DNA of 64,000 nucleotides from Eubacteriales bacterium (GTDB lineage: Bacteria > Bacillota > Clostridia > Oscillospirales > CAG-272), in assembly GCA_034178705.1 (NCBI GenBank), contig JAXFQY010000045.1, positions 10,636 through 74,635 of the forward strand. Reading direction: 5' to 3'. Below, piece by piece: positions 16,504 to 25,863 of the stretch. A program made the position numbers and the translations under genes. Below the pieces are notes generated by a model. That model was not told the DNA's origin, did no database searches, and worked only from the letters and a program-made list of their open reading frames with translations. Each line of letters opens with the position of its first letter. Within the stretch, counting starts at the first letter, position 1.

Positions 16504-17106
16504 TTATTTAAGGAAAACGAAAATTTCTGCCAGATCCGGGTCAAACTGTTTTCCGGCTTCCCTGCAGATTTCCTCCAACGCCTCTTCGACGGTCAGCTTT
16601 TTCTTGTACGGCCGATCCTCAATCATAGCATCATAAGCATCGGCAACGGCAATAATCCGAGCATATAGAGGGATCTCCTCTCCTTTCAGCTGAAAGGGGT
16701 ACCCTGTTCCATCCCAGCGTTCATGATGGTACAGACAGCATGACGCCATCACATCCCCTATATCCGGGCTGCTCTTCAACGCGCACACACACAGCTTTTC
16801 CTTCACCATACCGGCACCGAGCACGGTATGAAGGCGGGCAAGCTTTCTTTCCTCATCGCTGAAAACGGCAGGACTTAACCACAATTCATCAACGATTGCC
16901 GATTTCCCGATATCATGATACCGACCGAGAAAGCCGGCATGATCATAACCGGGCAGATCCCATTGCAAAAAAAGTCCTTTTCTCTGAAGTTGCCGGATTC
17001 TTTCAACCATAATCCGGACATACTTTTCAACATCCTTCCCATGTTCTTTGAGAAACTGCGGCAGTCTATCAAAATATGTTTCCAGTGCATCCATGCTGTA
17101 CTGCAT
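16504..17106 (-). CDS. Stand-alone HD-GYP domain protein (putative c-di-GMP phosphodiesterase)
   Basis: ORF 16504..17160. ATG 17106 is preferred, with AGGAGG 6 nt upstream. Motifs 'RYHDIGKSAI', 'HTVLGAGM' and 'HHERWDGTGYP' match the HD...HHExxDGxGYP pattern. No receiver or other sensor domain is present. Confidence 0.8.
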   Translation of the reverse strand: MQYSMDALETYFDRLPQFLKEHGKDVEKYVRIMVERIRQLQRKGLFLQWDLPGYDHAGFLGRYHDIGKSAIVDELWLSPAVFSDEERKLARLHTVLGAGMVKEKLCVCALKSSPDIGDVMASCCLYHHERWDGTGYPFQLKGEEIPLYARIIAVADAYDAMIEDRPYKKKLTVEEALEEICREAGKQFDPDLAEIFVFLK

Positions 17107-17360
17107 ATTTCTCCTCCTGTCTTCAAACGGAATCAATTCCACTGAAATCCACCATAGCACAATCCCGGAATTCTGTTTGCCAATCCATAACGAAGTTTCC
17201 TGTTTTATAAAAAGAAACAGGGGCCCGTCATCACGCTCATTTCATGCGCTTGAATTTATAATAAAACAATATACCATGTTTTGGCAAAAAAATCAATATG
17301 GATTTTCATAAAAAAGCAAAAAATCCCCAATTTTTTTCACAGCTTTTTTTCATAAAAATA

Positions 17361-17389
17361 TTTACAAATCCCTCCTTATCGTATAAAAT
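17361..17389 (+). promoter_or_regulatory. Sigma-70-type promoter upstream of pyrH
   Basis: TTTACA (17361-17366), a 17-nt spacer, then TAAAAT (17384-17389). It lies ~37 nt upstream of ATG 17426. Confidence 0.55.
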
Positions 17390-17425
17390 ATAGAATGTAT
17401 AATTATGTTCGGAGAGGAACAAAAA

Positions 17426-18148
17426 ATGCAGAAAGATCTGAAATACAAACGCATTCTGCTGAAACTGTCCGGGGAAGCGCTGTCTGCCGGGGCAGGCGGA
17501 ATTCTCGATCACGCCTTTATCGGACGGATTGCCACTGTCGTGAAAAAGTGCACAGATTCCGGCGCGGAGGTTGCGATTATTGTCGGTGCGGGAAACATCT
17601 GGCGCGGCAGACAGGGGTTGGACATGGACCCGGTCCGTGCGGACCATATGGGTATGCTTGCCACCGCGATCAATGCCCTCGGACTTCAGGACGGCTTTGC
17701 TCACGCAGGAATCGACTGCCGTGTGATGACGGCGGTGGAAATGCCGCAGTTCGCGGAACTGTATGTACCGCGTAACGCCATTGCTCACCTTTCTGCGGGT
17801 AGAGTTGTGATCCTCGGATGCGGAACCGGACTTCCCTTTTTCTCCACAGATACGGCGGCTGCGCTTCGCGCTGCAGAGCTTAAGGCCGACATGATTCTGA
17901 TGGCGAAAAACATTGACGGAATCTACACCGCAGATCCGAAGCTTGATCCGAGCGCACGCAAACTGAACAGAATCTCCTATGCTGAAATCATGGAGCAGAA
18001 TCTCAGGGCAATCGACACAACCGCAACCGTATTCTGCCGCGAGCACGCCATTCCGTTGCTGGTTTTCGGTCTATCCGATCCGGAAAATATCTATCGCGCC
18101 GTCATGGGCGAAGAAATCGGTACCGTTGTTTACGAATCCAATCATTGA
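17426..18148 (+). CDS. pyrH: UMP kinase
   Basis: 'YKRILLKLSGEAL', 'IVGAGNIWRG' and 'GTGLPFFSTDTAAALRA' are diagnostic. GGAGAGG lies 8 nt upstream of ATG 17426. Confidence 0.95.
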   Translation: MQKDLKYKRILLKLSGEALSAGAGGILDHAFIGRIATVVKKCTDSGAEVAIIVGAGNIWRGRQGLDMDPVRADHMGMLATAINALGLQDGFAHAGIDCRVMTAVEMPQFAELYVPRNAIAHLSAGRVVILGCGTGLPFFSTDTAAALRAAELKADMILMAKNIDGIYTADPKLDPSARKLNRISYAEIMEQNLRAIDTTATVFCREHAIPLLVFGLSDPENIYRAVMGEEIGTVVYESNH

Positions 18149-18168
18149 TCATAAAAGGAGGAAACATC

Positions 18169-18723
18169 ATGAGCTACGATACAAAAGAGCTGGAAGCGAA
18201 AATGAAAAAGACAATTGAGAATTATAAGGAGGAACTTGTCGTGATTCGTGCCGGCAGAGCAAATCCCGAAATTCTCAACCGGATCACCGCCGACTATTAC
18301 GGGACACCGACACCGATTCCGCAGATGGCCCAGGTCAGTATGCCCGACGCGCGCACGCTTGCCATTCAGCCCTGGGACACGCAGTCCGCAAAACTCATTG
18401 AAAAGGCAATCCTTGCGTCCGACATCGGCATCACTCCGATCAGCGACGGAAGAATTATCCGCTTAACCTTCCAGCCGCCCACGGAGGAGCGCCGTCGCGA
18501 AATGCAGAAAGAAATTGCGAAGCTCGGCGAAGAAAAGAAAGTTGCCATCCGCAATATCCGGCGTGAAGGAAACGATAAGGCACAGAAGCAAAAGAAAAAC
18601 GGCGAGCTGACCGAGGATGAGTTGAAAGCCGCAGAAAAAAGCATTCAGGACGTCACCGATAAATACATCAAGCAGGTCGACGAGCTTACGGCAGCAAAGA
18701 ACAAAGAGATCATGTCCATCTGA
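18169..18723 (+). CDS. frr: Ribosome recycling factor
   Basis: AAGGAGG RBS. Diagnostic blocks 'LVVIRAGRANPEILNRI', 'IRLTFQPPTEERRRE' and 'VAIRNIRREGND'. Confidence 0.95.
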   Translation: MSYDTKELEAKMKKTIENYKEELVVIRAGRANPEILNRITADYYGTPTPIPQMAQVSMPDARTLAIQPWDTQSAKLIEKAILASDIGITPISDGRIIRLTFQPPTEERRREMQKEIAKLGEEKKVAIRNIRREGNDKAQKQKKNGELTEDELKAAEKSIQDVTDKYIKQVDELTAAKNKEIMSI

Positions 18724-18733
18724 CAGCCGCAGG

Positions 18734-18765
18734 ACGGGGCGGGAAATCCGCCCCGTTTCTCCATT
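18734..18765 (+). terminator. Terminator/attenuator hairpin after frr
   Basis: Stem ACGGGGCGG / CCGCCCCGT, loop GAAAT, followed by a T-rich tract TTCTCCATTT. Confidence 0.55.
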
Positions 18766-18792
18766 TCATGACAATGCGCAGGGGGTATCGCA

Positions 18793-19554
18793 ATGGGGAT
18801 ATTCAGAAAAAAAACAGTCTTGCCGGCAGCAGAGACACAATCCGTCAGGGAATCGCTGATTCTTGACGGGAAACTGCGTCACATTGCCTTCATTATGGAT
18901 GGAAACGGCAGATGGGCCCAGCATCGCGGCAAGCAACGCCCCATGGGGCACGTCGAAGGAATGAAGACCTTTGACCGGATCATGAACCACTGTTCGGACC
19001 TCGGAATACCGCACGTAACCGTATATGCTTTTTCCACAGAAAACTGGAAGCGGCCGCAAGCGGAAATCGATACAATCATGCGCCTGCTTTCCTCCTACAT
19101 TGACCGCGCGATCAATGAGCTGGAGGCGCACAGAACCGAGTATCATTTTATCGGAGACAAAGCCCCGCTCTCTCCGGCGCTCAGGGAAAAGGCAGAATAC
19201 CTGGAACGGATATCAAAAGGGCTTCCGCTGACGCTGAATATCGGGTTAAATTACGGAAGCCATGCGGAGCTGGTGATGGCGTATAACCGGTTGCTTGCGG
19301 AAGGGAAAACCGAAGTAACCGAAGAAGATATCGCCGGAGCGCTTTACACCGCGCACAGTCCCTATCCGGATCTTCTCATCCGCACCGGAGGGGAATACCG
19401 GTTATCGAATTTCCTTCTCTGGCAGCTTGCGTATACAGAGCTGTATTTCACAGACATTCTCTGGCCGGATCTTACAAACGACCGGCTTGACGATATCATC
19501 CGCGAATTTCTGCATCGCCACCGTACCTACGGCGGCGTAAAAAAAGGCACATAA
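18793..19554 (+). CDS. uppS: Isoprenyl transferase (undecaprenyl diphosphate synthase)
   Basis: 'HIAFIMDGNGRWA', 'VTVYAFSTENWKRP' and 'RTGGEYRLSNFLLWQLAYTELYF'. Confidence 0.95.
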   Translation: MGIFRKKTVLPAAETQSVRESLILDGKLRHIAFIMDGNGRWAQHRGKQRPMGHVEGMKTFDRIMNHCSDLGIPHVTVYAFSTENWKRPQAEIDTIMRLLSSYIDRAINELEAHRTEYHFIGDKAPLSPALREKAEYLERISKGLPLTLNIGLNYGSHAELVMAYNRLLAEGKTEVTEEDIAGALYTAHSPYPDLLIRTGGEYRLSNFLLWQLAYTELYFTDILWPDLTNDRLDDIIREFLHRHRTYGGVKKGT

Positions 19555-19567
19555 GGAAGAACCCGCC

Positions 19568-20401
19568 ATGTTGAAAAGAATTATTACCGGGACTTGTCTC
19601 GTCCTTTTTCTGCTGATTCCCTCTTTTTTGTTCATGGACACCCTGTTTCTGCCCGCTATGCTGGCACTTCTCAGTGCCATCGGCGTTTTTGAGATGCTGC
19701 GGTGTATCGGTCAGCAGAAAAACTATCTTCTTGCGATTCCGGCCTATCTTGTTGCCCTTGCCGCCCCCTTCGGTGCTTACTATGCAGATATTCAGAAGCA
19801 ATTCTTCCCCGCCGCGCTGATTACCGTTGTTCTTTCCATGTTTTTTCTGCTTTCCCTCTGCGTTTTTCTGCCGGAAAAGAATACCCCGAACAGCGTTGCT
19901 CTTACCTTTCTGCTCTGTACTTATGTTGTGGTCGGTTTCTGTTCTGTCGGATTTCTCGCGAAAAACGAGGACGCAAAGCTGATTTATCCGATGATTTTTC
20001 TCGGCTCCTTTGTTACCGACGTCTTTTGCTACTTTACCGGTATCCTGTTTGGCAAGCACAAGCTCATTCCCCGCATTTCCCCCCATAAAACAATCGAGGG
20101 CTCAATCGGGGGAACGGTTTGCTGTATGTTCGCCTTCCTCCTTTACGGATTTGCCATCTCCCGCTTTTTTGACTGCAAAGCGGATTATTTTGCTCTTGCC
20201 GTCACCGGTTTTATCCTTGCACTGATTTCTCAGCTCGGAGATTTAATCGCATCTTCCGTTAAACGCTGCTTCGGTGTAAAGGATTACGGAAAGATTTTCC
20301 CCGGTCACGGAGGAGTAATGGACCGTTTTGATTCTTTCATTGCGGTTGCCGGCTTTCTTGCGATTATCAGCACACAGCTGAAAATCGACTTTTTCCATTG
20401 A
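19568..20401 (+). CDS. cdsA: Phosphatidate cytidylyltransferase
   Basis: Multi-TM protein with the CDS signature 'SSVKRCFGVKDYGKIFPGHGGVMDRFDS'. Confidence 0.92.
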   Translation: MLKRIITGTCLVLFLLIPSFLFMDTLFLPAMLALLSAIGVFEMLRCIGQQKNYLLAIPAYLVALAAPFGAYYADIQKQFFPAALITVVLSMFFLLSLCVFLPEKNTPNSVALTFLLCTYVVVGFCSVGFLAKNEDAKLIYPMIFLGSFVTDVFCYFTGILFGKHKLIPRISPHKTIEGSIGGTVCCMFAFLLYGFAISRFFDCKADYFALAVTGFILALISQLGDLIASSVKRCFGVKDYGKIFPGHGGVMDRFDSFIAVAGFLAIISTQLKIDFFH

Positions 20402-20442
20402 ACGGAGATTGGATGCCATTCGTGCATCCGGGGTATTCTATT

Positions 20443-21597
20443 ATGTTGAAAACAGCTATTCTCGGTTCCACCGGCTCTGTCGGCACGCAGGCGTTGGAGG
20501 TTGCCCGCGCACATCCGGGAATCCGCGTCACCGCGCTGACCGCTCACCGGAATGTTCGGAGAATGGAAGCACAAATCCGGGAGTTTTCGCCCGAGTTTGC
20601 TGCTTTGGAAGATGAGGACGCCGCATGCGAGCTTGCGCTGCGAATTCGTGACACGGACACAAAAGTTCTCGCAGGCAGACAGGGTGTGACGGAATTGATT
20701 GCCCGCTGCGGAGCAGAAACCTTTGTCAATTCGGTTACCGGGTTCGACGGACTGCATTCCACACTTGCTGTTATCCGGCAGGGAGCGCGTCTGGCCCTTG
20801 CAAACAAGGAATCCATCGTTGCCGCCGGTGAACTTGTCCTTCCGATGGCCAAGGAAACCGGAGCGGAAATTCTTCCGGTCGACAGTGAGCATTGCGCAAT
20901 TCATCAATGTCTTCGCTGCGGTACACATGACGAGGTTAAAAGCCTGATCATCACAGCGTCCGGCGGTCCTTTCCGCGGCTTTACGCAGCAACAGCTGGAG
21001 CAGGTTACCCTTGAACAAACCCTGCACCATCCGACCTGGTCCATGGGCAGGAAAATCACGGTTGACAGCGCTACTCTGATGAACAAGGGCTTTGAGGTAA
21101 TTGAAGCAGCACATCTTTTTGCCCTCGATGCAGACCGGATCCGTGTCGTTGTGCATCCGGAAAGTATAATCCATTCCATGGTAGAATATATTGATCATGC
21201 AATCCTTGCCCAGATGTCGGTTCCGGACATGCGCCTCTGCGTCCAGTACGCACTGACCTTTCCCTCCCGCTTGGAAGGACTGACCGCACCGCTTGACCTG
21301 ACCGCAGTCGGCAGTCTCCGCTTTGAAAAACCGGACACGGAATGCTTTCCGCTGCTTCCGCTCGCCTTTCGCGCCCTGCGCGAGGGAGGTACTCACCCGG
21401 CTGTTCTCAACGCTGCCAATGAAATAGCAGTAGGAGCCTTTCTGCGCGGAGAACTGTCCTTCCGCGGCATAGCAGAGCTTGTTCTGCGTGCCTATGAAGA
21501 TACACCGGACTTTCCTCTCACGGTTGAAGGTATCTGTGAGGCAGACGGCGCCGCGCGGGAAACGGCGGAGCGCCTTGCCGAATCCATGAAAAAATAG
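20443..21597 (+). CDS. dxr: 1-deoxy-D-xylulose 5-phosphate reductoisomerase
   Basis: 'ILGSTGSVGTQALEV', 'LANKESIV' and 'ILPVDSEHCAI'. ORF 20398..21597; ATG 20443 gives the typical N-terminus, and 20413 is an alternative. Confidence 0.93.
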   Translation: MLKTAILGSTGSVGTQALEVARAHPGIRVTALTAHRNVRRMEAQIREFSPEFAALEDEDAACELALRIRDTDTKVLAGRQGVTELIARCGAETFVNSVTGFDGLHSTLAVIRQGARLALANKESIVAAGELVLPMAKETGAEILPVDSEHCAIHQCLRCGTHDEVKSLIITASGGPFRGFTQQQLEQVTLEQTLHHPTWSMGRKITVDSATLMNKGFEVIEAAHLFALDADRIRVVVHPESIIHSMVEYIDHAILAQMSVPDMRLCVQYALTFPSRLEGLTAPLDLTAVGSLRFEKPDTECFPLLPLAFRALREGGTHPAVLNAANEIAVGAFLRGELSFRGIAELVLRAYEDTPDFPLTVEGICEADGAARETAERLAESMKK

Positions 21598-21610
21598 AAA
21601 AGAGAGCAAA

Positions 21611-22660
21611 ATGATTTTTCTTTATATTCTTTTGGCGGTTCTGATTTTCGGAGTGCTGGTGATCGTGCATGAGTTAGGACACTACGCTTTCGCGCGGCTC
21701 TTCAAAGTCAGCATCAATGAGTTTTCGATCGGCATGGGTCCGAAGCTTCTTCAGCGCAAAGCAAAAAAGACCGGTATTCTCTGGTCCCTGCGTCTGTTGC
21801 CTATCGGCGGCTATGTCAGTATGGTCGGGGAGGACGGAGAAACCGATGATCCCAATGCCCTTCAGCGCAAACCCGCCTGGCAGCGGCTCATCATTATGGC
21901 TGCCGGCGGTCTGACCAATATTTTGATCGGCTTTCTGCTGATGGTTGTACTCATCGTTTCCACACGGAATCAGCTCGGCTCAACCGTAATTGCGGAATTC
22001 CGTCCCCCGGAAGGAACGGAAGTTGCCGCTTCCGAAGCGGCAGGACTGCAAATAAACGACCGCATTGTGAAAGTAGGCAACGTCGGTGTACACACCTCAA
22101 ACGATCTTCTTTATGAGATCATGCATCAAGGTTATCGTCCGGTGGATCTCACCGTGATCCGTTCCGGCGAACGTCTGGTAATCCGTGATGTGGAATTTCC
22201 CACCTTTACCGAAAGCGGAACTGTTTTCGGAGACTACGATTTTGCCGTTTATAAGGAAGAGGCAACCTTCGGTGCAATCGTAAAACACAGCTATTTCCGT
22301 TCTCTTTCTACCGTGAAAATGATCTGGGACAGTCTTGTTGATCTGCTCACCGGTCGTTACGGAATGGAGGCGCTTTCCGGGCCGGTCGGCGTGACTGAGG
22401 TCATTGTTGAAACCGCACAGTCCCGCCAGACAGCCAACCTTCTCTATCTTACCTGTGTCATTGCCATTAACCTCGGTGTTGTCAATCTTCTTCCCATTCC
22501 CGCTCTTGACGGCGGCAGAATTCTGTTCGTTCTCATTGAAATGATCTTCCGCAAACCGGTAAACCGCAAGGTGGAAGGGTATATTCACGGAGCCGGTATG
22601 CTTCTCCTGCTCGCGCTGATTGCCTTTATCACCCTGAAGGATATTATTAAACTGTTTTAG
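21611..22660 (+). CDS. rseP: RIP (site-2) zinc metalloprotease, M50 family
   Basis: 'HELGHYAFA' zinc motif, a central PDZ-like segment, 'NLLPIPALDGG' and multiple TM helices. Confidence 0.92.
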   Translation: MIFLYILLAVLIFGVLVIVHELGHYAFARLFKVSINEFSIGMGPKLLQRKAKKTGILWSLRLLPIGGYVSMVGEDGETDDPNALQRKPAWQRLIIMAAGGLTNILIGFLLMVVLIVSTRNQLGSTVIAEFRPPEGTEVAASEAAGLQINDRIVKVGNVGVHTSNDLLYEIMHQGYRPVDLTVIRSGERLVIRDVEFPTFTESGTVFGDYDFAVYKEEATFGAIVKHSYFRSLSTVKMIWDSLVDLLTGRYGMEALSGPVGVTEVIVETAQSRQTANLLYLTCVIAINLGVVNLLPIPALDGGRILFVLIEMIFRKPVNRKVEGYIHGAGMLLLLALIAFITLKDIIKLF

Positions 22661-22671
22661 CGGAGGTTCCT

Positions 22672-23784
22672 ATGTCTTCCTATCCGCGCAGAAGAAGCCG
22701 CGCTGTTTGTGTCGGCTCCCTTACCATCGGCAAAGACGCCCCGATCCGCGTTCAGTCGATGACTAACACCGACACACTTGACCGCGAGGCAACGCTCCGG
22801 CAGGTCAGGGAGCTGACAGCCGCAGGCTGTGAGATTATCCGAATTACGGTTCCGACCCCGGAAGCAGCACAAACAATCGCTTATATTAAAAAAGAAGGGA
22901 TCCTCACCCCGCTTGTTGCCGATATTCACTTTGATTATCGTGCCGCGCTGGCCGCGATTGACGCAGGGGCAGACAAGATCCGCATAAACCCGGGAAACAT
23001 CGGCGGCAAGGACCGCGTGAAAGAGCTGGCCGGTGCCGCCCGCAGCGCCGGCGTTCCCATTCGCATCGGCGTCAATTCCGGCTCTTTGGAACGCTCCCTG
23101 CTGGAGAAATACGGTGCTCCGACTCCCGAAGCACTTGTTGAGAGCGCGCTGTATCATGCCTCGCTGCTGGAGGAGTTTGCTTTTTCCGATATCGTGATTT
23201 CCCTGAAGGCGTCTGATGTCATGACGACAATCAAGGCAAACCGTCTTCTCGCGGAGAAATGCGACTACCCGATCCATATCGGTGTCACCGAGGCGGGAGG
23301 AGAACGTTCCGGTCTGATCAAAGGGGCAATCGGAATCGGAACGCTACTGGCCGAGGGGATCGGAGATACTGTCCGCGTCTCGCTTACCGCAGACCCGTTA
23401 AGGGAAGTCGATGCCGCCTATGCGATTCTCAACGCCGTCGGGCTTTCCGCCCGTCCCGCGCTGAATATCGTTTCCTGTCCGACCTGCGGAAGAACGCGTA
23501 TCCCGCTTATTTCTCTGCTCGGTGAGCTTGAGAAAGCGGTAGACCGCGCTGGACTGAAAGATACTCCGATCACAGTCGCGCTCATGGGCTGCGCCGTCAA
23601 CGGTCCCGGAGAAGCCAGGGAAGCGGATGTCGGCATTGCAGGAGGGGATGGAGATGCCCTTCTCTTTTACAAGGGGAAACCGGCAGGAAAAATCCCGCAG
23701 AACGAGATTATTCCCCGCCTGATCGCAGAGATTTCCCGTTTTTCTTCAGGAAGAGAAAAGCAGGAAAAAAACAATCCAGCCTGA
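22672..23784 (+). CDS. ispG: 4-hydroxy-3-methylbut-2-en-1-yl diphosphate synthase
   Basis: 'VQSMTNTDT', 'IRINPGNIG', 'RIGVNSGSL' and the Cys ligands 'SCPTCGR...GCAVNGPGE'. Confidence 0.95.
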   Translation: MSSYPRRRSRAVCVGSLTIGKDAPIRVQSMTNTDTLDREATLRQVRELTAAGCEIIRITVPTPEAAQTIAYIKKEGILTPLVADIHFDYRAALAAIDAGADKIRINPGNIGGKDRVKELAGAARSAGVPIRIGVNSGSLERSLLEKYGAPTPEALVESALYHASLLEEFAFSDIVISLKASDVMTTIKANRLLAEKCDYPIHIGVTEAGGERSGLIKGAIGIGTLLAEGIGDTVRVSLTADPLREVDAAYAILNAVGLSARPALNIVSCPTCGRTRIPLISLLGELEKAVDRAGLKDTPITVALMGCAVNGPGEAREADVGIAGGDGDALLFYKGKPAGKIPQNEIIPRLIAEISRFSSGREKQEKNNPA

Positions 23785-23845
23785 TTTTCCCCGCAACGGG
23801 CCGATACCGCCGCGGGGATTCTCTCTTTTGCGAAGAAGCCTTTAT

Positions 23846-23892
23846 AAAAACAGGAGGAGCCTCCCGAAAGGAAGCTCCTCCTGTTTTCGTTT
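23846..23892. terminator. Bidirectional terminator between convergent ispG and the ABC permease
   Basis: Stem ACAGGAGGAGC (23850-23860) / GCTCCTCCTGT (23874-23884), flanked by an A-run upstream and TTTTCGTTT downstream. Confidence 0.8.
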
Positions 23893-23904
23893 AAGTCTGT
23901 TCCT

Positions 23905-25080
23905 TTATTTTCCGAACATGATCTTCTCACTGTCGAACATTTTTGTCAGCAGATAAATGAGAAGCACAAGGCAAAGTGCATTCGTGGCACAGGTCACGGC
24001 AATATGGAGCGGATTCATTGAGAAGGAGAAAATGGCTGCCATAGACTGTACGCTGTTGTAAAGCGGAATGAAATAATAGCCCATTCCGGTTTTTGCTTTC
24101 CCAAACATGGCCAGAACGCCGAGAAGCATGGTCAGAACCATCAACGGGGAAAGCGTAGTTGACGCTTCCTTCACGCTGCGGGCATAAGCAGAGATGCAGG
24201 AAATAATCGCCACCAAAAGCAGCACGGTCGACAGGATCACACAGCCAAGGGCGAGATAATCGGAGACACGGTAAGACGCGGCGCCCATATCAATTCCGCT
24301 TCTCTCCATATTCATCAGCTTTGGAAGAGAGAGCACGGTTCCCACCGTGCTGGAAATCCCGGAAAGCATGGCAATAATACCAAGGCTGAAAACCTTTCCG
24401 AGTGCAAGCTCTGAACGGCGAAGCGGTGTGACAAGGAGCGTTGCAATGGTTCCGCGCTCCTTTTCTCCCGCAATTGATTCAGGGGCAACCGCCATACATC
24501 CGGAAAACATGAACATCATCAGAAGCATCGGCATCATCATGGAGAAAATCTGCCCAACGGTCGCCTTCGCGGTGGCAAGATCTTCAGGGGGGCCGTCATA
24601 AATCTTCAGAAGACTGTCCTTATATCCGTCAAGAACCGCGGATGCAGCGCTGTAAGCGGCGGCGGACTCGGTTCTGGCAGAATTAAAACAGATCTTAATT
24701 TGACCGGAAACATCCTCTTCCGGGACGGTTCCGGAAAATAATTTATCGGCATTCTCCCCGAACACAAGCAGAAGATCCGCTTCCTCGTTCCGGATTTTAT
24801 CCTTATAGGTCTCCACCTCGGTGCTGTCAATGGGGTCAAAGGAAAGAGAGGCAGCCTCAAACAGCTGACGGGCCCCCTCAGGCATGTTGACGGCAGCGCA
24901 AACGGGAATGTAGTCCTCATCAGGAGCAAAGAGGCTGCCCATCGCACCTCCCATGAGGGAATAGAGCAGATAGATCATCAGACCGGGCAGCAGAATCGTT
25001 GTCAGTACCAGGCGTCTGTCCCCGAAAAAGCGGGAAAACTCCTTGCACATCACCGCGCGGATGTTGCTTTTCTTCTTCAT
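23905..25080 (-). CDS. ABC-2 type transporter permease (NatB-like)
   Basis: An N-terminal TM helix, a large extracytoplasmic loop, then 5 C-terminal TM helices. The start overlaps the ATPase gene stop by 4 nt. Confidence 0.8.
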   Translation of the reverse strand: MKKKSNIRAVMCKEFSRFFGDRRLVLTTILLPGLMIYLLYSLMGGAMGSLFAPDEDYIPVCAAVNMPEGARQLFEAASLSFDPIDSTEVETYKDKIRNEEADLLLVFGENADKLFSGTVPEEDVSGQIKICFNSARTESAAAYSAASAVLDGYKDSLLKIYDGPPEDLATAKATVGQIFSMMMPMLLMMFMFSGCMAVAPESIAGEKERGTIATLLVTPLRRSELALGKVFSLGIIAMLSGISSTVGTVLSLPKLMNMERSGIDMGAASYRVSDYLALGCVILSTVLLLVAIISCISAYARSVKEASTTLSPLMVLTMLLGVLAMFGKAKTGMGYYFIPLYNSVQSMAAIFSFSMNPLHIAVTCATNALCLVLLIYLLTKMFDSEKIMFGK

Positions 25081-25862
25081 TTCTTTTTCTCCTCCGATGC
25101 GTCATACAGCTCGAAGAAACGATCCTCAAGCGTCTGATTTCCGCAAAGCTCCGGCAAAGTGCCGCACGCAGCCAAGCGTCCTCCGATAATCACTCCCACA
25201 CGGTCGCAGATCTTTTCCGCAAGGCTGAAAATATGAGTGGAAACGATCACGGTCTTATGCTCCTGCTTAAGATCCAGAAGAAAATCGGTCACGGTTTTGG
25301 CCGTGATAATATCGAGACCGTTTGTCGGTTCATCGAAGATAATCACATCCGGAGAATGGACGAGGGAAATGACAAGAGAAGCACGCTGCTTCATGCCGGT
25401 TGAGAGATTCGCAACCTTAATGCCGGCAAATTCGTTTATGCCGAAACGCTCGAAAAGCTCTTTTTTCCGTTCGCGTGCCATGTCCTGCGGCACCCCGTGC
25501 AACTCTGAAAAAAAGTCGTAAAGATAATCCGGAGTAAAGAAGTCCTCAAGCTTCAGCTCGCTTGTCAGAAATCCGATTTTTGAGCGAACCGCCGCAGGAT
25601 CGGAAACAATGCTTGAACCGTCAATCCGTGCATCACCGGAGGTTGGCTTGATCAGGGTGGCAAGCATACGCAGGGTTGTGGTTTTTCCGGCTCCGTTCGG
25701 ACCGAGCAAACCGAAAACCTCCCCCTCTTTAGCGGTAAAAGAAAGACAGTCGACAGCGGTAACAGTCTTTTTGTCCGTATGGTCGAGCTTTCGCTGTTTC
25801 GCGGACAAAGAGAAAACTTTGGTCAACTCCCGTACCTCAATCAGCTCCTTCATGTCCATCAC
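25077..25862 (-). CDS. ABC transporter ATP-binding protein (NatA-like)
   Basis: Walker A 'GLLGPNGAGKTTT', signature 'LSTGMKQR', Walker B 'IIFDEPTNGLD'. Confidence 0.92.
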   Translation of the reverse strand: MMDMKELIEVRELTKVFSLSAKQRKLDHTDKKTVTAVDCLSFTAKEGEVFGLLGPNGAGKTTTLRMLATLIKPTSGDARIDGSSIVSDPAAVRSKIGFLTSELKLEDFFTPDYLYDFFSELHGVPQDMARERKKELFERFGINEFAGIKVANLSTGMKQRASLVISLVHSPDVIIFDEPTNGLDIITAKTVTDFLLDLKQEHKTVIVSTHIFSLAEKICDRVGVIIGGRLAACGTLPELCGNQTLEDRFFELYDASEEKKK

Positions 25863-25863
25863 C

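Noticed and set aside
17426-23784. The pyrH-frr-uppS-cdsA-dxr-rseP-ispG cluster as a possible unusual isoprenoid island.
   Set aside because: This gene order is the standard conserved arrangement in Firmicutes and many other bacteria. It is ordinary housekeeping.
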